Assembly (NCBI GenBank): GCA_965153285.1
Contig: OZ229114.1
DNA from: Podarcis tiliguerta
Taxonomy: Eukaryota
Reading direction: 5' to 3' (one strand)
DNA: 64,000 bases
This document shows, one piece after another, positions 1-12,800 of the stretch. A program made the position numbers and the translations under genes. Position 1 is the stretch's first letter. Every line of letters starts with the position of its first letter. The notes beneath the pieces were generated by a model, which saw only the letters and a program-made list of their open reading frames with translations, was not told the origin of the DNA and ran no database searches.

Positions 1-582
1 GGGACCTTGAGAGCTATCCAAATCCTAAACTTTCCTGCATTAGCAGAGCATCACAAATGACCTTGTCAAATGTGGACATTAGGAATATCTACCTATCGAT
101 TTTTCAGTACCACTCACACTGAGGCATGTGGATACACTTTACTATGTTGGTTTCCTGAATACATTTTTCAAAAATAGTTCTGTGTGCAGAGCACACTGTT
201 CTGTTCTGTTTTGTTTCTGTTGCAGAGCAACAGCAATGCCCAAGAAGGAAATATTGGCGAAATTAGCAGGATCAGTGTCACCACTTCATCAGAAGCTGTT
301 AACAAAGATCTATACAACGTGGCTGCTTACAACACTTCTTCATGTACATACAGTATGAATGGCAATATCAATTTGCAAGTGAAAACAAACAAAATGAATG
401 GTCACATGAAAAGTAAAATTCCCAATTTTATTTATTTCATTAAAATTATATACTGCTCGATTGTTTTTTGTTTTGCTTTTTAAATCAAAGTGGTTTATAT
501 CCAACGAACTGCTTTTCCAAACAGTCTCACATACTGAAGACAGATTCTTTTGCCGAAAGGAAGCCATTCTGAAAACAGAGTA

Positions 583-936
583 CAGTGGTGCCTCGCAAGA
601 CGAAAAGAATCCGTTCCGCGAGTCTCTTCGTCTAGCGGTTTTTTCGTCTTGCGAAGCAACCCCATTAGCGGATTAGCGCTATTAGTGGTTTAGCGGCTAT
701 TAGCGGCTATTAAAGGTTTAAGGGATTAGTGGATTAGCTGCTAAAAGGCTATTAGCAGCTTAGGTGCCTTAGAAAAAGGGGGTGGGGAGCGGAAAAAAAT
801 TGCAGGAACTCGCAATTTTCGTCTTGCAAAGCAAGCCCATAGCAAATTCGTTTTGCGAAGCACCTCCAAAACGGAAAACTCTTTCGTCTAGCGGGTTTTC
901 CGTCTTGCGAGGCATTCGTCTTGCGGGGCACCACTG
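583..936. mobile_element. Tc1/Mariner(Tigger)-type MITE with internal TTAGCGG-like minisatellite
   Basis: TIRs CAGTGGTGCCTCGCAAGACGAA / TTCGTCTTGCGGGGCACCACTG, TA flanks; partial copy at ~36686-36825. Confidence 0.8.
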
Positions 937-1034
937 TATGTCAATATGTCCAAAGAAAATAGATTTGCAAGTGGGAAGGACTTCTGCTGCAGCTCTGTTA
1001 ATTACAGGCAACTGCCTATTAAGGAATGGAAGTA

Positions 1035-1276
1035 TAGTGGTGCCTCGGGTTAAGTACTTAATTAATTCCGGAGGTCCATTCTTAACCTGAAACTGTACTT
1101 AACCTGAAGCACCACTTTAGCTAATGGGGCCTCCCACTGCTGCCGCGCCGCTGGAGCACAATTTCTGTTCTCATCCTGAAGAAAAGTTCTTAACCTGAGG
1201 TACTATTTCTGGGTTAGCAGAATCTGTAACCTGAAGTGTATGTAACCTGAAGCGTATGTAACCAGAGGTACCATTG
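1035..1276. mobile_element. Tc1/Mariner-type MITE family A (CAGTGGTACCTC ends)
   Basis: TIR-like ends, TA flanks, same internal sequence as six other copies. Confidence 0.8.
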
Positions 1277-2454
1277 TACTTTATTGGGCTAGTAAAATGG
1301 GCACATTTTCCTTATTCAGTATTTATAATCAAATGACTGCTGCTATCTGAACAACCTGTTTCTTTATAGTGCCATCTAAACCTAGAACTAGTTTGTAAAT
1401 TTGGGACACTATTATATGCATGGGATATGTTTACAAGAACTCAAAGACACAAAGGCATACAAAACATCATAGAACTTGTCCTTATACTTACCTAGGCATT
1501 CACAGTCTAAAATGACCAATATGCCAATTGATTACCTTGTGTTCTTGTTTAACAGAACTGTGTCTTTGTTGCAAATTGTTCTTGTATACTTTTCAGTTTC
1601 CAAAAGTTAGTTATTTTGTTCAATCACATCCACCCTGCATTTCTTTCTTGCTATTTTTAAATCACTTTCATAAAGCAACAGGTTGAATCAGCACCTGGAA
1701 CCTGCTCCACCCTAAAAGGCTCATGCATCAGTCAGTTTAAATTAAGTAGTGAGTGCACAAAGGAATGCACCTGTCCTTTTAGGTTCTAGTGTTTTTGCAG
1801 TTAGCATTCTTTCTTTTCTTAGCCTCTTCTCCTCTCTCCTACACCTCCTCTAATGATCTCTAACTTGTATTTACAAATGCAAATCTACCTCTCAACATAT
1901 TCTGTGGCGTATCATACTGTAGCAAGCAATATGCCACTTTTTAAAAGAGCACTTCTCTTAATCAAAAGTTGAGCCAGAAGTGGTTTTCAGTCCTCTCTTC
2001 ACTCCTGACAAAAGTGGTTAGAACATATCTTATGATTCTGTTTACATTTTAAAGCAGCTGACATAATACTTGCACAAGACCTCAAGAATATGGTGTGTTG
2101 CTAGAAGTTTGCCATTTGAAAACGACGCAAAGTACAGGAATGGTGGAAGGCAATAAAGGAAAAAGTACAAACCGCTCAACATATTATCAAACTCCTGCAA
2201 TAACCTGGTTTTGGTAGATAACCAAATGGGAATGTAAGTGGACATTTTTAAATCACTAATTATTTGGAGCTCAAGGAGACATGCATGGGGATTATTCCAT
2301 TTTATCTTCATAATTATCCTATATAATAAGTTCAGCTGAAAGATAATGGGTTCTGTAAGCAAGCTGGGATATAAGGGGATCCACAATCACTGAAGTGTAC
2401 CCAGTGGGCTTCTTGGTTGAGTACAGTAGGAACCCAAATCTCTCTGGTCCAAGT

Positions 2455-2777
2455 CCTCCTCCTCCTCCTCCTCCTCCTCCTCCTCTGGGAATCACTCATA
2501 TCCGAGTAAGATTGTCTTCCATGAACATGGACTTAACGGTGAGTCTGTAAGTGACTGTGGAGGCCAATTCTGGATCCACATGTCCTTCCACAGTGGGGAC
2601 ATAGGTTTCCTGGCAGCAGTTGATCATGGGGAGGTTTTGCCAAATGTGCTATCCTCTTAGCACGTTTCTCCCTTTCATCCTGAGTTTGAGCATCTTCAAA
2701 GTCCATGACAACTTTGGTAAAGGCTGTTCTCCAACTGGAGCGCTCGCGGGCCAGAGTTTCCCAACTGTCAGTGTTTT
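2455..2777 (-). mobile_element. RTE-clade LINE 3' fragment
   Basis: Minus strand translates WETLARERSSWRTAF...CPHCGRTCGSRIGLHSHLQTHR* (C-terminal CCHH finger), then short 3'UTR and (AGG)n tail. Confidence 0.8.
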
Positions 2778-2786
2778 ATTGGATAT

Positions 2787-3150
2787 GGGACGCGGGTGGC
2801 GCTGTGGGTTAAAGCCTCAGTGCCTAGGGCTTGCCGATCGAAAGGTCGGCAGTTCGAATCCCCGCGGCGGGGTGCGCTCCCGCTGTTCGGTCCCAGCGCC
2901 TGCCAACCTAGCAGTTCAAAAGCACCCCTGGGTGCAAGTAGATAAATAGGGACCGCTTACTAGCGGGAAGGTAAACGGCGTTTCCGTGTGCGGCTCTGGC
3001 TCGCCAGAGCAGCGATGTCACGCTGGCCACGTGACCCGGAAGTGTCTTCGGACAGCACTGGCCCTTGGCCTCTTTAAGTGAGATGGGCGCACAACCCTAG
3101 AGTCTGTCAAGACTGGCCCATATGGGCAGGGGTACCTTTACCTTTACCTT
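2787..3150 (+). mobile_element. Sauria SINE (Squam1), near full length
   Basis: tRNA-like head GGGACGCGGGTGGCGCTGTGGG, B-box GTTCGAATCC, tail ending (ACCTTT)n. Confidence 0.88.
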
Positions 3151-3667
3151 AATCAAAGTGTTATCTCACTGCTGTATTGAAGCTTTGGTGATTTTAATAT
3201 ATCATCTTATTTGATTTGTTGTTGCAGTTGTTTGGTTTGTATTTTACTTGTGAACTGCTCTGGGATCTTGTAAGAAGAGCAGTATATAAATGGAAATAAT
3301 AGTTAAAAAAAATTTGGTCTGATCCACAAATGCTCTTATGATGTTCTTAACACAACATACCACACCAACCGTACAACATAGGGATGCGGGTAATAAAGTA
3401 TGAATTGAAGCATGTTATGTAGATTATTTTCTGCTGACAAATTCTATGAGCTACATATAAACACAACACAGTCAAAGGGCAGGGGGAGAGGAGGAAACCT
3501 ATAAATAAAATATCAGGAAAGACACAAATGCTTATTTCAAACTTCTTCCTCTTCTGCATTTGGTGCTTAGATGGTATATGGAACCGTTTGCAAAGGCTAA
3601 GCAGCTACTATTTCTTGACACAGATTTGTATATTAAACATGTGCATATGAGAGCAAAAAGAACTTAC

Positions 3668-3867
3668 CAATAGTGTGAACAGGTTTCCTGTAAGGCATCA
3701 CCCCAAAGCTATATTGAAAGATTCCTCTGCCATGAAACAAAGGCAATGCAAACCCCATAATCTTCTGCAGTTTCTCTTGCAATGTTCTGAGCCTTGATCC
3801 TTTGGGGTTTGCAACTTGTTTGAACAGTTCATTTTCCCCAAAAGAAAACACTGGGACCAGTTGAGCC
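3668..3867 (-). CDS. MOGAT1: MOGAT1 exon 5
   Basis: [17 protein letters not shown]...[26 protein letters not shown]; GGCAG / GTAAGT. Confidence 0.95.
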
Positions 3868-6800
3868 CTGCCAGAGAAAAGCAACAACGCAGTTGACATA
3901 CTTCATGTCAATGGGTTGACAAGTATACCCATTTAAAGGAGCTGAACCATAAAGAAGGTTGATCACGAAAGAATTGATGCTTTTGAATTATGGTGCTGGA
4001 GGAGACTCTTGAGAGTCCCATGGACTGCAAGAAGATCAAACCTATCCATTCTTAAGGAAATCAGCCCTGAGTGCTCACTGGAAGGACAGATCATGAAGCT
4101 GAGACTCCAATACTTTGGCCACCTCATGAGAAGAGAAGACTCCCTGGAAAAGACCCTGATGTTGGGAAAGACTGAGGGCACAAGGAGAAGGGGACGCCAG
4201 AGGACGAGATGGTTGGACAGTGTTCTCGAAGCTACCAGCATGAGTTTGACCAAACTGCGGGAGGCAGTGGAAGACACGAGTGCCTGGCACGCTCTGGTCC
4301 ATTGGGTCATGAAGAGTCGGACACAACTAAACAACAACAACAACAAATAACTTTGGCACTAAATTCATGTTGCTACCTACTGCCTCCTAGGAAAAGCTCA
4401 ACAGGCAATAGGACTAAGCCTGCATTTACACAACTAAATGCAATATTAGTCCAGGACTAAACCAGGTTAGTCCAATGGGACTAATTAAGCAGATGCCATA
4501 CGTCTAGGGCTTTCTTTCAGCCAGAACTCAGTTCTAGCACGGTGGGCGCCGTTTCCATTCTAAGAGAATAAGGGAGGTGTTCATGGTGAGTTCCAGCACC
4601 TGTTTTTCTAAAAAAATAGCACTGCATAGATCAGAGGTCGGTGGCTAAGCTTACTTTGGCCTGAGGGCCCCATTCACCCTTCGCTAACCATGTGGGGACC
4701 ACATGCCAGTGGGGACTATTGCCAAACCTAAGCATGGCCAGCCCATATGCTTGCATAAAATTTCTGGCATGGACACAAAGGGCACATGCCCAGGCAGGCA
4801 GCCCTCTCCCCAGCCAAAATCAGTGAAGTATTGAGCACAGGGCAGAAAAAAACTTGCACGGGATTTTTACGAAATTGTAGTTGGCTGCCTCTTTTACCAA
4901 GATATAAAGTTAGAAATGACAGTAAATGCAAGAAATGTTGAAATTGGGAACAATAACCACAGGAAGGGAATGGCCCATAGGACTGCTGTTGGCTAATAGC
5001 TCACTTACAAAGAAATATTGCAAGCACACAGTAAAAAAAAGTCATGAAACAGGAAGTTGCTACATGTTCAATTTCAAACTTGCATATTAAATGACTCTTA
5101 GACATATATAGGACAGCTCTTTTCTGTGTGTGAATATTTGGTTCTTGTTATTGGGGGGGGGGGTCTATTTCACAACGCTGCACTTCTTCCCTCGTTTTTA
5201 TATAGATGTGGGGTGGAGGATAATTTTAATTCAATTCACACTTAAAGCCAAATTGATCAATTTCTGACTTTCCAAAACAATGTGAGAATTCTTCATAATT
5301 TGCACTTATCCAAATTCTGGGATGCAGTTCTCCAACCAACATTTACGAAAAGGCACATATCGGAGTCGGGGTGGGGAGGGAAGAATATACTAGTGAAAAT
5401 AACATACAAAAATGTTTTATATTAGGAGAAATTGTCTGCAAAAGTTGAAACTCCGTACAAAAATGTATTAGGAGAAATTCACATTAAAAGGCTAATGAAT
5501 TTTCACGGTGATTTTAAAAAGTCACAGATTGCTGCAGAAATATGGAGAACTGAATTGAAGGTGGGGAAAATGAGAAACTGAGATAACTGCAATTGACAGA
5601 TTTTGTATGCAATTTTCTCTAGCAATTGTAACGCATGTCAACGCACATAGTAGCACAGCAAGTGTGCTTTCATACTATGATGTTACTTGGCTGGGGAACT
5701 GCATTGCAAAAGTTGGAGAATGCCTTGCAGACAACCCCAGTGCTAGAGACATACATACATACAGACAGACAGACAGACAGACAGACAGGTTGTGTATCCG
5801 CAGCAGTGACCAGAGGTGGGATGACTGCTGGGGAGGACTGCAGAGAGAAGAAATGCCATGGTGCATCTGCAGCAGCACAACAAAGCATGTCTATCTCATA
5901 TCAGTCTCTACAGCACTGTAATTCTCCAACCATTTGACTTCAGCCCCAAAGACGCACTCCTCCATTGTCTCCAGAGACAGATGGTGGCCAACGACAAGAT
6001 ATACTTATAGAATACTATCAAGTACAGTGGTACCTCGGGTTACATACACTTCAGGTTACATACTCCGCTAACCCAGAAATATTACCTCAGGTTAAGAACT
6101 TTGCTTCAGGATGAGAACAGAAATCGTGCTCCGGCGGCGCAGCGGCAGCGGAAGGCCCCATTTGCTAAAGTAGTGCTTCAGGTTAAGAACAGTTTCAGGT
6201 TAAGAACAGACCTCCGGAACAAATTAAGTACTTAACCCGAGGTACCACTATAGTCCATTTCATGTTTTGGGTACCTACATTCCATCTTATTTCAATTGAC
6301 AAGTTCTCTAGATTCCCAGTTAATGTCCTGTGTGTTACCACTTTATCCTTAATGGGTGAGGTCTACACATAGAACTTACCCATGTTTCAAAGCCACCTTA
6401 ATGAAGCCTTTCCTTTTGAGGATGCTAAGAGTTAAGCTTCCAGGACGGGCATCTAAAGACTCTTCTGCTCCTCCAATTACAATCACAGCAACATTTCCAC
6501 CGCCTTCGTGGCTGAGCACATGAGACACACTCTTCTTGGATGCTGAAACCAGCCCTGAAAGTGTGAATAAATAAATAACAGAATACCCAATCAACCGATC
6601 AGTGTTGCATGGAAACCATTAGTCAGGTGGAATGAAAAAATCTGCTGAAGTTAAATTTGTGCTCCGTACAGTAGTTAATTCTTTATTATAAACATGCAAA
6701 CAGTCTACAAATGACATATTACATAATGCAATCTAATAGTCACTAATTTACCGTTTATTTTGAAAAAATCCTGTATTAAGATTGTGCCCTTAGTGAATTA

Positions 6801-9800
6801 TAAGACAAATATAAATATGTTTTCTAAAAACTCATATTACAGTTTATTTAAATATCTACAACATCAATGATCAAATTATTTAATTGAATATGATAGCAGT
6901 GGGAAAAGCTTTTTTAAAAAAATTAACTGAGGTTCTCATTTCATGTACTTAAAAGGGGCCCACTGACTCTCAAATTGCTCATTTCTCTGTCTACCTTCCC
7001 TTAAGCGTACCAGCTCCATTAATTCTGTCACTGTGGCAGGCAAAAAAACCCCCAAATGTTATTAAAACTATTTTTGTTCTGTGGGAATTATGGGAGTACA
7101 CCATTTAGCTGCTATTAATACTCTGACTAGATTTCAATGTTCTGCTCTTATGTCCTTTTTTTAAGCTATCCCAAAAGATGGTGGATTCATCTGTAGTTGA
7201 TATCCAATTATTTCTTATATATGCTCTGTAACAAACTACCGTTTTAACTTACGAAACAGTAAAGCCTACATGTTGTTACTACTGAATTTGATGACCCTGT
7301 TTCGGTGTTTCCCCCTCATGCACAGGGCCAGATTTAGGTTTGATGAGGCCCTAAGCTACTGAAGGTAATGGGGCCCTTTATATGTCCAGCTGTCCTTTGC
7401 CAACAACAAATTGTCACTGTTTTTTGTGTTGAATATATGCTATATGGTAATTTATGGACCTAATAGGTATCTAACCAGTGATATTTTAGGGAGCAGGCTA
7501 GCAGGCGGGGCCCATTACTTACATCATAGAAGCCTACACAACACAAAACACTTGCTGTATGTATGTTTTGTTTTATTTGTTTTTTATCTTATATTTTGGA
7601 AATGTACAACCAGTTTTATTTTCCCTTTAAATTTTTTGGGGGCCTCCAAGAGAGAGGGGCCCTAAGCTGTCAGGGAACTGCCATCGGAGCAGGAGGAGGT
7701 GAGAGGGCTCCCGGATGATGGTGGAGAGGGTCCCAGTAAGAGGAGGGATAGCCCATACGCTGGGGAAGGAAATCAGCGTAACACCAGTGGAGAAGGGGAG
7801 GAGATAGAGGAGGCGGAGAGGTGGCTCCAGGACTCTTCGCAGGAGACAAGCGGAGAGGGGACTAGTGCTCCTTTGCCCACACCCACCTTGCGCAGAAAGC
7901 TTTCGCGCAGGCAACGGGGGAGGAGACTGGGCGTCAAGCAGCTTTTATGTTGGAAGCGGTTTAAGAGACGCCCACTGACGGATTCTGCCAGCGACTGAGG
8001 CAGCCACGGAATAGAGGGCTGTCTAGTCAGAAAGGGTTCAACCATGCAACCTAGCCAGGAGTAAAGGCTACTTACGCACAAGCAATCCCTAGAACCATTA
8101 CATAAGCTATAGCTTGTTTAGCTTATACGTAAATCTGGCCCTGCTCATGCAATTAATAATCATGTGAGGGGGTGACTGAAGCTAAATCTTTCTTCCCCAT
8201 CTGCAACCCCCTACCCTCTCACTACCCAGACACTGAGGAGTACATCTGTAGAGCGGAATCTCCTCTTTCTGCATCCTCTGGTGATGTGGTAGATGGAGAA
8301 CACCTGAATAGGGCTGTGAGAATCAGGCCACGTCCCAGAGCTTACTTTACGAAGTGAACAAAGTGTGCCAGTGAAAGCATTACATTGCTTCAAATGGCTG
8401 GTGAAGACGTGGCTTTTCGAAAAGGCCTTTGGTGAATGATCTTTTTGCGAGCTCAATTTCTGATGGCTGTTCTACAGTTCTGAATCTTTGTGACTTGTAT
8501 TTTGGTGTATGGGGGCAGCAGAGGGGAATAATGTTCTGCTGCACAAGGAAAACTCCTGAAACTGGCAGAACATTCTCCTCAGTGATATGTTAAATACAGC
8601 CCACTGTTATTATCTGATTTGCTAAATGTGTTCGGTTGCTTTGGAAATCAGGTAGGGTCGCATTTTAAAAAAAAATACTGTACATCAATTCCATTTTTTG
8701 AAAAACAGACACATCTGAATTACTAGGGTTTACTGCTTACCTGCACACATAATATAGTCTCTGAAGAAAGGACACCTGAACCAGAAAGGCAAGATGTGTA
8801 GGTATGGAGTCAGACCAGGGAATAACTTCTTAAAACCTGTGTATTCTGTGCAAAAGTTTCCAAAAGCTCCAGCGACAAGGACGCCATGAGGATGAAACCC
8901 AAAGAGGTAGTTCTGGCTTGGATCCAAATCCGAGGTTTTTATGAGCTGAAATAAAAGCTCAGTAAGAAGTTCACTCTTAATTTAAAAGTTGACTGGCAAT
9001 TGCATACTGGCCAGTTCAGATCCCACAATGAAAGCTAATTATTGCAATAAACCTGCTCCCCCCCCCACCAGACATTTTGATGACATGGGAAGTTATGCGG
9101 TAAGAAGAGTTTGGATGAAGAGTTTAGATTTGATATCCCGCTTTATCACTACCCTAAGGAGTCTCAAAGCGGCTAACATTCTCCTTTCCCTTCCTGCCCC
9201 ACAACAAACACTCTGTGAGGTGAGTGGGGCTGAGAGACTTCAAGGAAGTGTGACTGGCCCAAGGTCACCCAGCAGCTGCATGTGGAGGAGCAGAGACGCG
9301 AACCCAGTTCCCCAGATTACGAGACTACCGCTCTTAACCACTACACCACACTCTCTTCATGTCCTGTTGCATAACCTCCACACCCACAAATAAGAAAGAT
9401 TGCTCAAAGAACAGGTTCTCTGGAAGAGACCTCAATTTGGGTTAAAAGTAAGAAATGGAGGTGGAACTTGTAGAGTATATAGACACAGAGATCTCAGCTC
9501 CATAGTGTTATAATGCAATCTATGCACAGTTACTCAGAAATAAGTCCTGTTGTGCTCAAGCTGTTTCAAGCCAACCATAGCTGGTTTGTTAGGATTGCAT
9601 AGCAAGCAGTAGTTAAGCAAGAATAGGATTGAAAGCTTTCAAAACCATTTCTCCCAGTCACATTGGGAGTATGCAAAGCCCAAGGCTTATCTAGGACCAT
9701 AATGTGGTGCTCAGCCATTGTTTAGTGCAACGTGTGGCCATGTTTCTGTGATGGCCTCTTCGCACTGGCCATCCACACATGCAAAATTTCAGCACAGGAA

Positions 9801-12800
9801 TAATAATGGAACAAAACAGAAGTGGAATCCTAACGAGATGCAAACTACATCAGCTTTCCTCACCATGCTCTGGGACATACGCAGAGTGCACAAGCATGCG
9901 CACACAAACACATTAACTTTCACTGCAAAACATTTCACTCACCTGAATTGGAAAGTATTCCTTAAAGTATCTCCACACAGTCCAGTTTCTGACCCACTTG
10001 GATCTTCGCCCCCCAGTTTGGGGGGTTTCCCAGTCGAGGTAGAGCCAGAGCGCATAAAAAGCTGAGATAAACCAGTAATCTCCAAACACAAAGATCATGA
10101 AGATTCCACAGCAGCATTGTGCTAAAAACAGAGACACAGAAAACACAAAACATTTCATACGATGAATGCAACTCATAATTTTACCTCCTTGCCATTTCCT
10201 TCTCCTTTCCCATCGTGATCCCTATGGCTGGCCAACAGTAGCCTCGTGAGGGTTCTCTCCTTGTACCTAATCCATGGAGGGTGCTTCCCCCATAGCCACA
10301 CCAGCTTGCTACTTTGCTTCTCTGCAACTCTCTGCTCTCAACTCTGACATACAACCTGCTCTCTGCCCCAAAACTCGTAACACTGCAATATTGCTGTTGA
10401 TAGTAGTGGAAGGTTCTATTCTATCCTTTGCATTCCTGCAAACCCCCTGCTGCTGCTGCGCCATTTCTGTTCTCATCCTGAAGCAAAGTTCTTAACTCAA
10501 GGTACTCTTTCTGAGTTAGCAGAGTCTGTAACCTGAAGTGTCTGTAACCCAAAGCGTCTGTAACCCGAGGTACCACTGTATACCCTTTGAAATCCTTCAT
10601 CAAATGCTGGGGTTTTTATTTTACCCTTTCAAAGGCTTCTCCTTTATTTTGTTTCATTTTTGTCATTCTGCCTGATGAAACGAAAAATCAGAGCACGGAG
10701 GCATAATGTCCTGCCTTGGATCATTTAAAATGATAAATATTAATCATTCTGCTGAGAATATGTGGTTCGGTACTACAATTCCATGATAGTTTCAAGCTGA
10801 AGCTGGGCAATAATTTATTTTTAGCTTTGGGAATAAAAAGGGACCTTTCAACCACACTAATGGTAAATTATTCTAATCCTGACATGTATACATGAATAGA
10901 TGCAAAAATTGCTTTTCAGATATCCACAGTCAATATGCAGGTGTCAGGGGCTGAGCAGGGCTAACACAACAGTGGCAGATACAGCAAACAACAGCCTCAG
11001 GAAAATAGGCAGCCAACAGTGCTGCCCTGTTCATTCCTACTCAGAAGTAAGTTCCATTGCTTTCAATCCTACATCAATTCACTTAGTGGTAAGCTCATTT
11101 AAATCAATGGAACATATTTCTAAGTAGATGTGCATAGGAATTCACCATTTTAAGGGAAATGAACTTGAGAAGAAATTGCCTGAAGCCAAACTTTGTTTTT
11201 TTAAACTCTCAATTTTCTTTCTCATCCAAATCAAATACATTTGTTTCCTGTAATATAGCTTGTATCCAAGATGCACAATCCGACACAATTTAGAAATTAT
11301 TTGGCAAGAGACAAGGAGACAGAAAGGAATTGGAAGAGTGAAAGACATGGAAGGCCAGACCTTTCTTGAGTAACACACTTTCGAAACAGAGAAGTGCCAA
11401 ACTTTAACAGATTTAGAGCCTGCACAATAATCCCATGTACGTGCAGAACTTAAAGCAAAGGCATCCTGAGAACGTTTCAGGGGGGAGGATAGTTATGATA
11501 AACTTTCCTCTTGATTTATCAAGCAAGTGGTCATGAGTTCTTGTATTACAAGTATCTTGCGGCACAAGTTTTGCAACTTATTCCAAAAGCCGAGATGTAT
11601 GTATTCCATTTGTGGCTGAGCAAGTTCCTGACATGACAATGACTCAATATAGTCTCACTTGGCTTGACAGAATTACTACCCTTTCAGCTCCTTGGCAGGA
11701 TTCCACATGGCTTAACATCAACATGACCTTGAGGTATGAAAGTCACACAAAGTTTGATGACTAGTACCTGGCAGGGCTATTCAAAGACTTCACAAAGGCT
11801 GCCACACAGTCCAGATAGCAACAAAAGCTGATAGGATAGGTTTGCTTTTGTACTAACCAGGGGCTTACCCTGAGATGTGCGTCCTGCTTTCCTTAGGGTA
11901 GGAAGCCAAATGAACTCAGAAAGACTAAGGCTCAAACTAACACACCCACTGTTCTTTCTGTGTTTGTATGAGTGACCTGTTAAGCAAAGTTAACAAAGCT
12001 CATGGTTTTAAAAACATCAACAACAAACACATGAGAGAGTTCTTAAGCAGCTTTGATTAAAAGCAAGTTGATGACCAAGTTACATAAACCTTGGACAACA
12101 ACATATTTTTGGTGAAAGGCAACACAGTGATACAGGCAGTTCAACTGGTCAATCTCTGTATGTCACTCTGAGCAATGTTAGGGACCTGAAAGAGTAAATG
12201 GTTAGTCATTTAGACTACAACTCCCACCAGCTACACCAGCTACAACTCCCACCAGCTCCATCCAGGATGAGCTAGACCACCACTCTTGTTTGCATTTAAT
12301 TTCAGTTTAGTTCCTGCACCTTCCCGTTCAATATATCCCTGACTTTCTCCACATGCGTGATTTCTCCTACCCAATTGCAGGCTTTGATTTTCCCCAGGGG
12401 TCAAACCCCTGCTAAACACCATGAATCTTAAGCAGGTGGACTTGGACCAGTCACTATCTCTGTCTAAACTACCTCACAGGGTTGTTGTGAGGATAAAATA
12501 GGAGATGGAGAGGGTAGTTTGTTAAGGGTTCTGGGAACTCTAGCTCTGTGAGGGAAAAACTACAATTCCCAGAATTCAATTGGAATGGGGGTGCTTTAAA
12601 GGTGTACACAACCTAAATGTGTTTCCCATGACCAGAGGCACTTTCCCTCAGATATTCCAAGACAGGAACTTATTATTGAAAATGCATTCTGAAGTTATCC
12701 CTCTGCTGGGTTTCACCTCTAGCACAAATGAAACTGAGGGCAGGGCACAAGCATCTTGTGGTTGGGCAGGGTTTCCCCCCCCTCTTTTTACAAAAGAGAT

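Noticed and set aside
1-3667. MOGAT1 final exon (expected VGxPI...)
   Set aside because: No matching minus-strand peptide found by eye; probably left of the window.
7699-7998. 99-aa ORF as a novel gene
   Set aside because: Lies wholly inside the solo LTR; purine-rich low-complexity frame.
10670-10690. Hammerhead core CTGATGA-AAC-GAAA
   Set aside because: No stem II and no convincing stems I/III.
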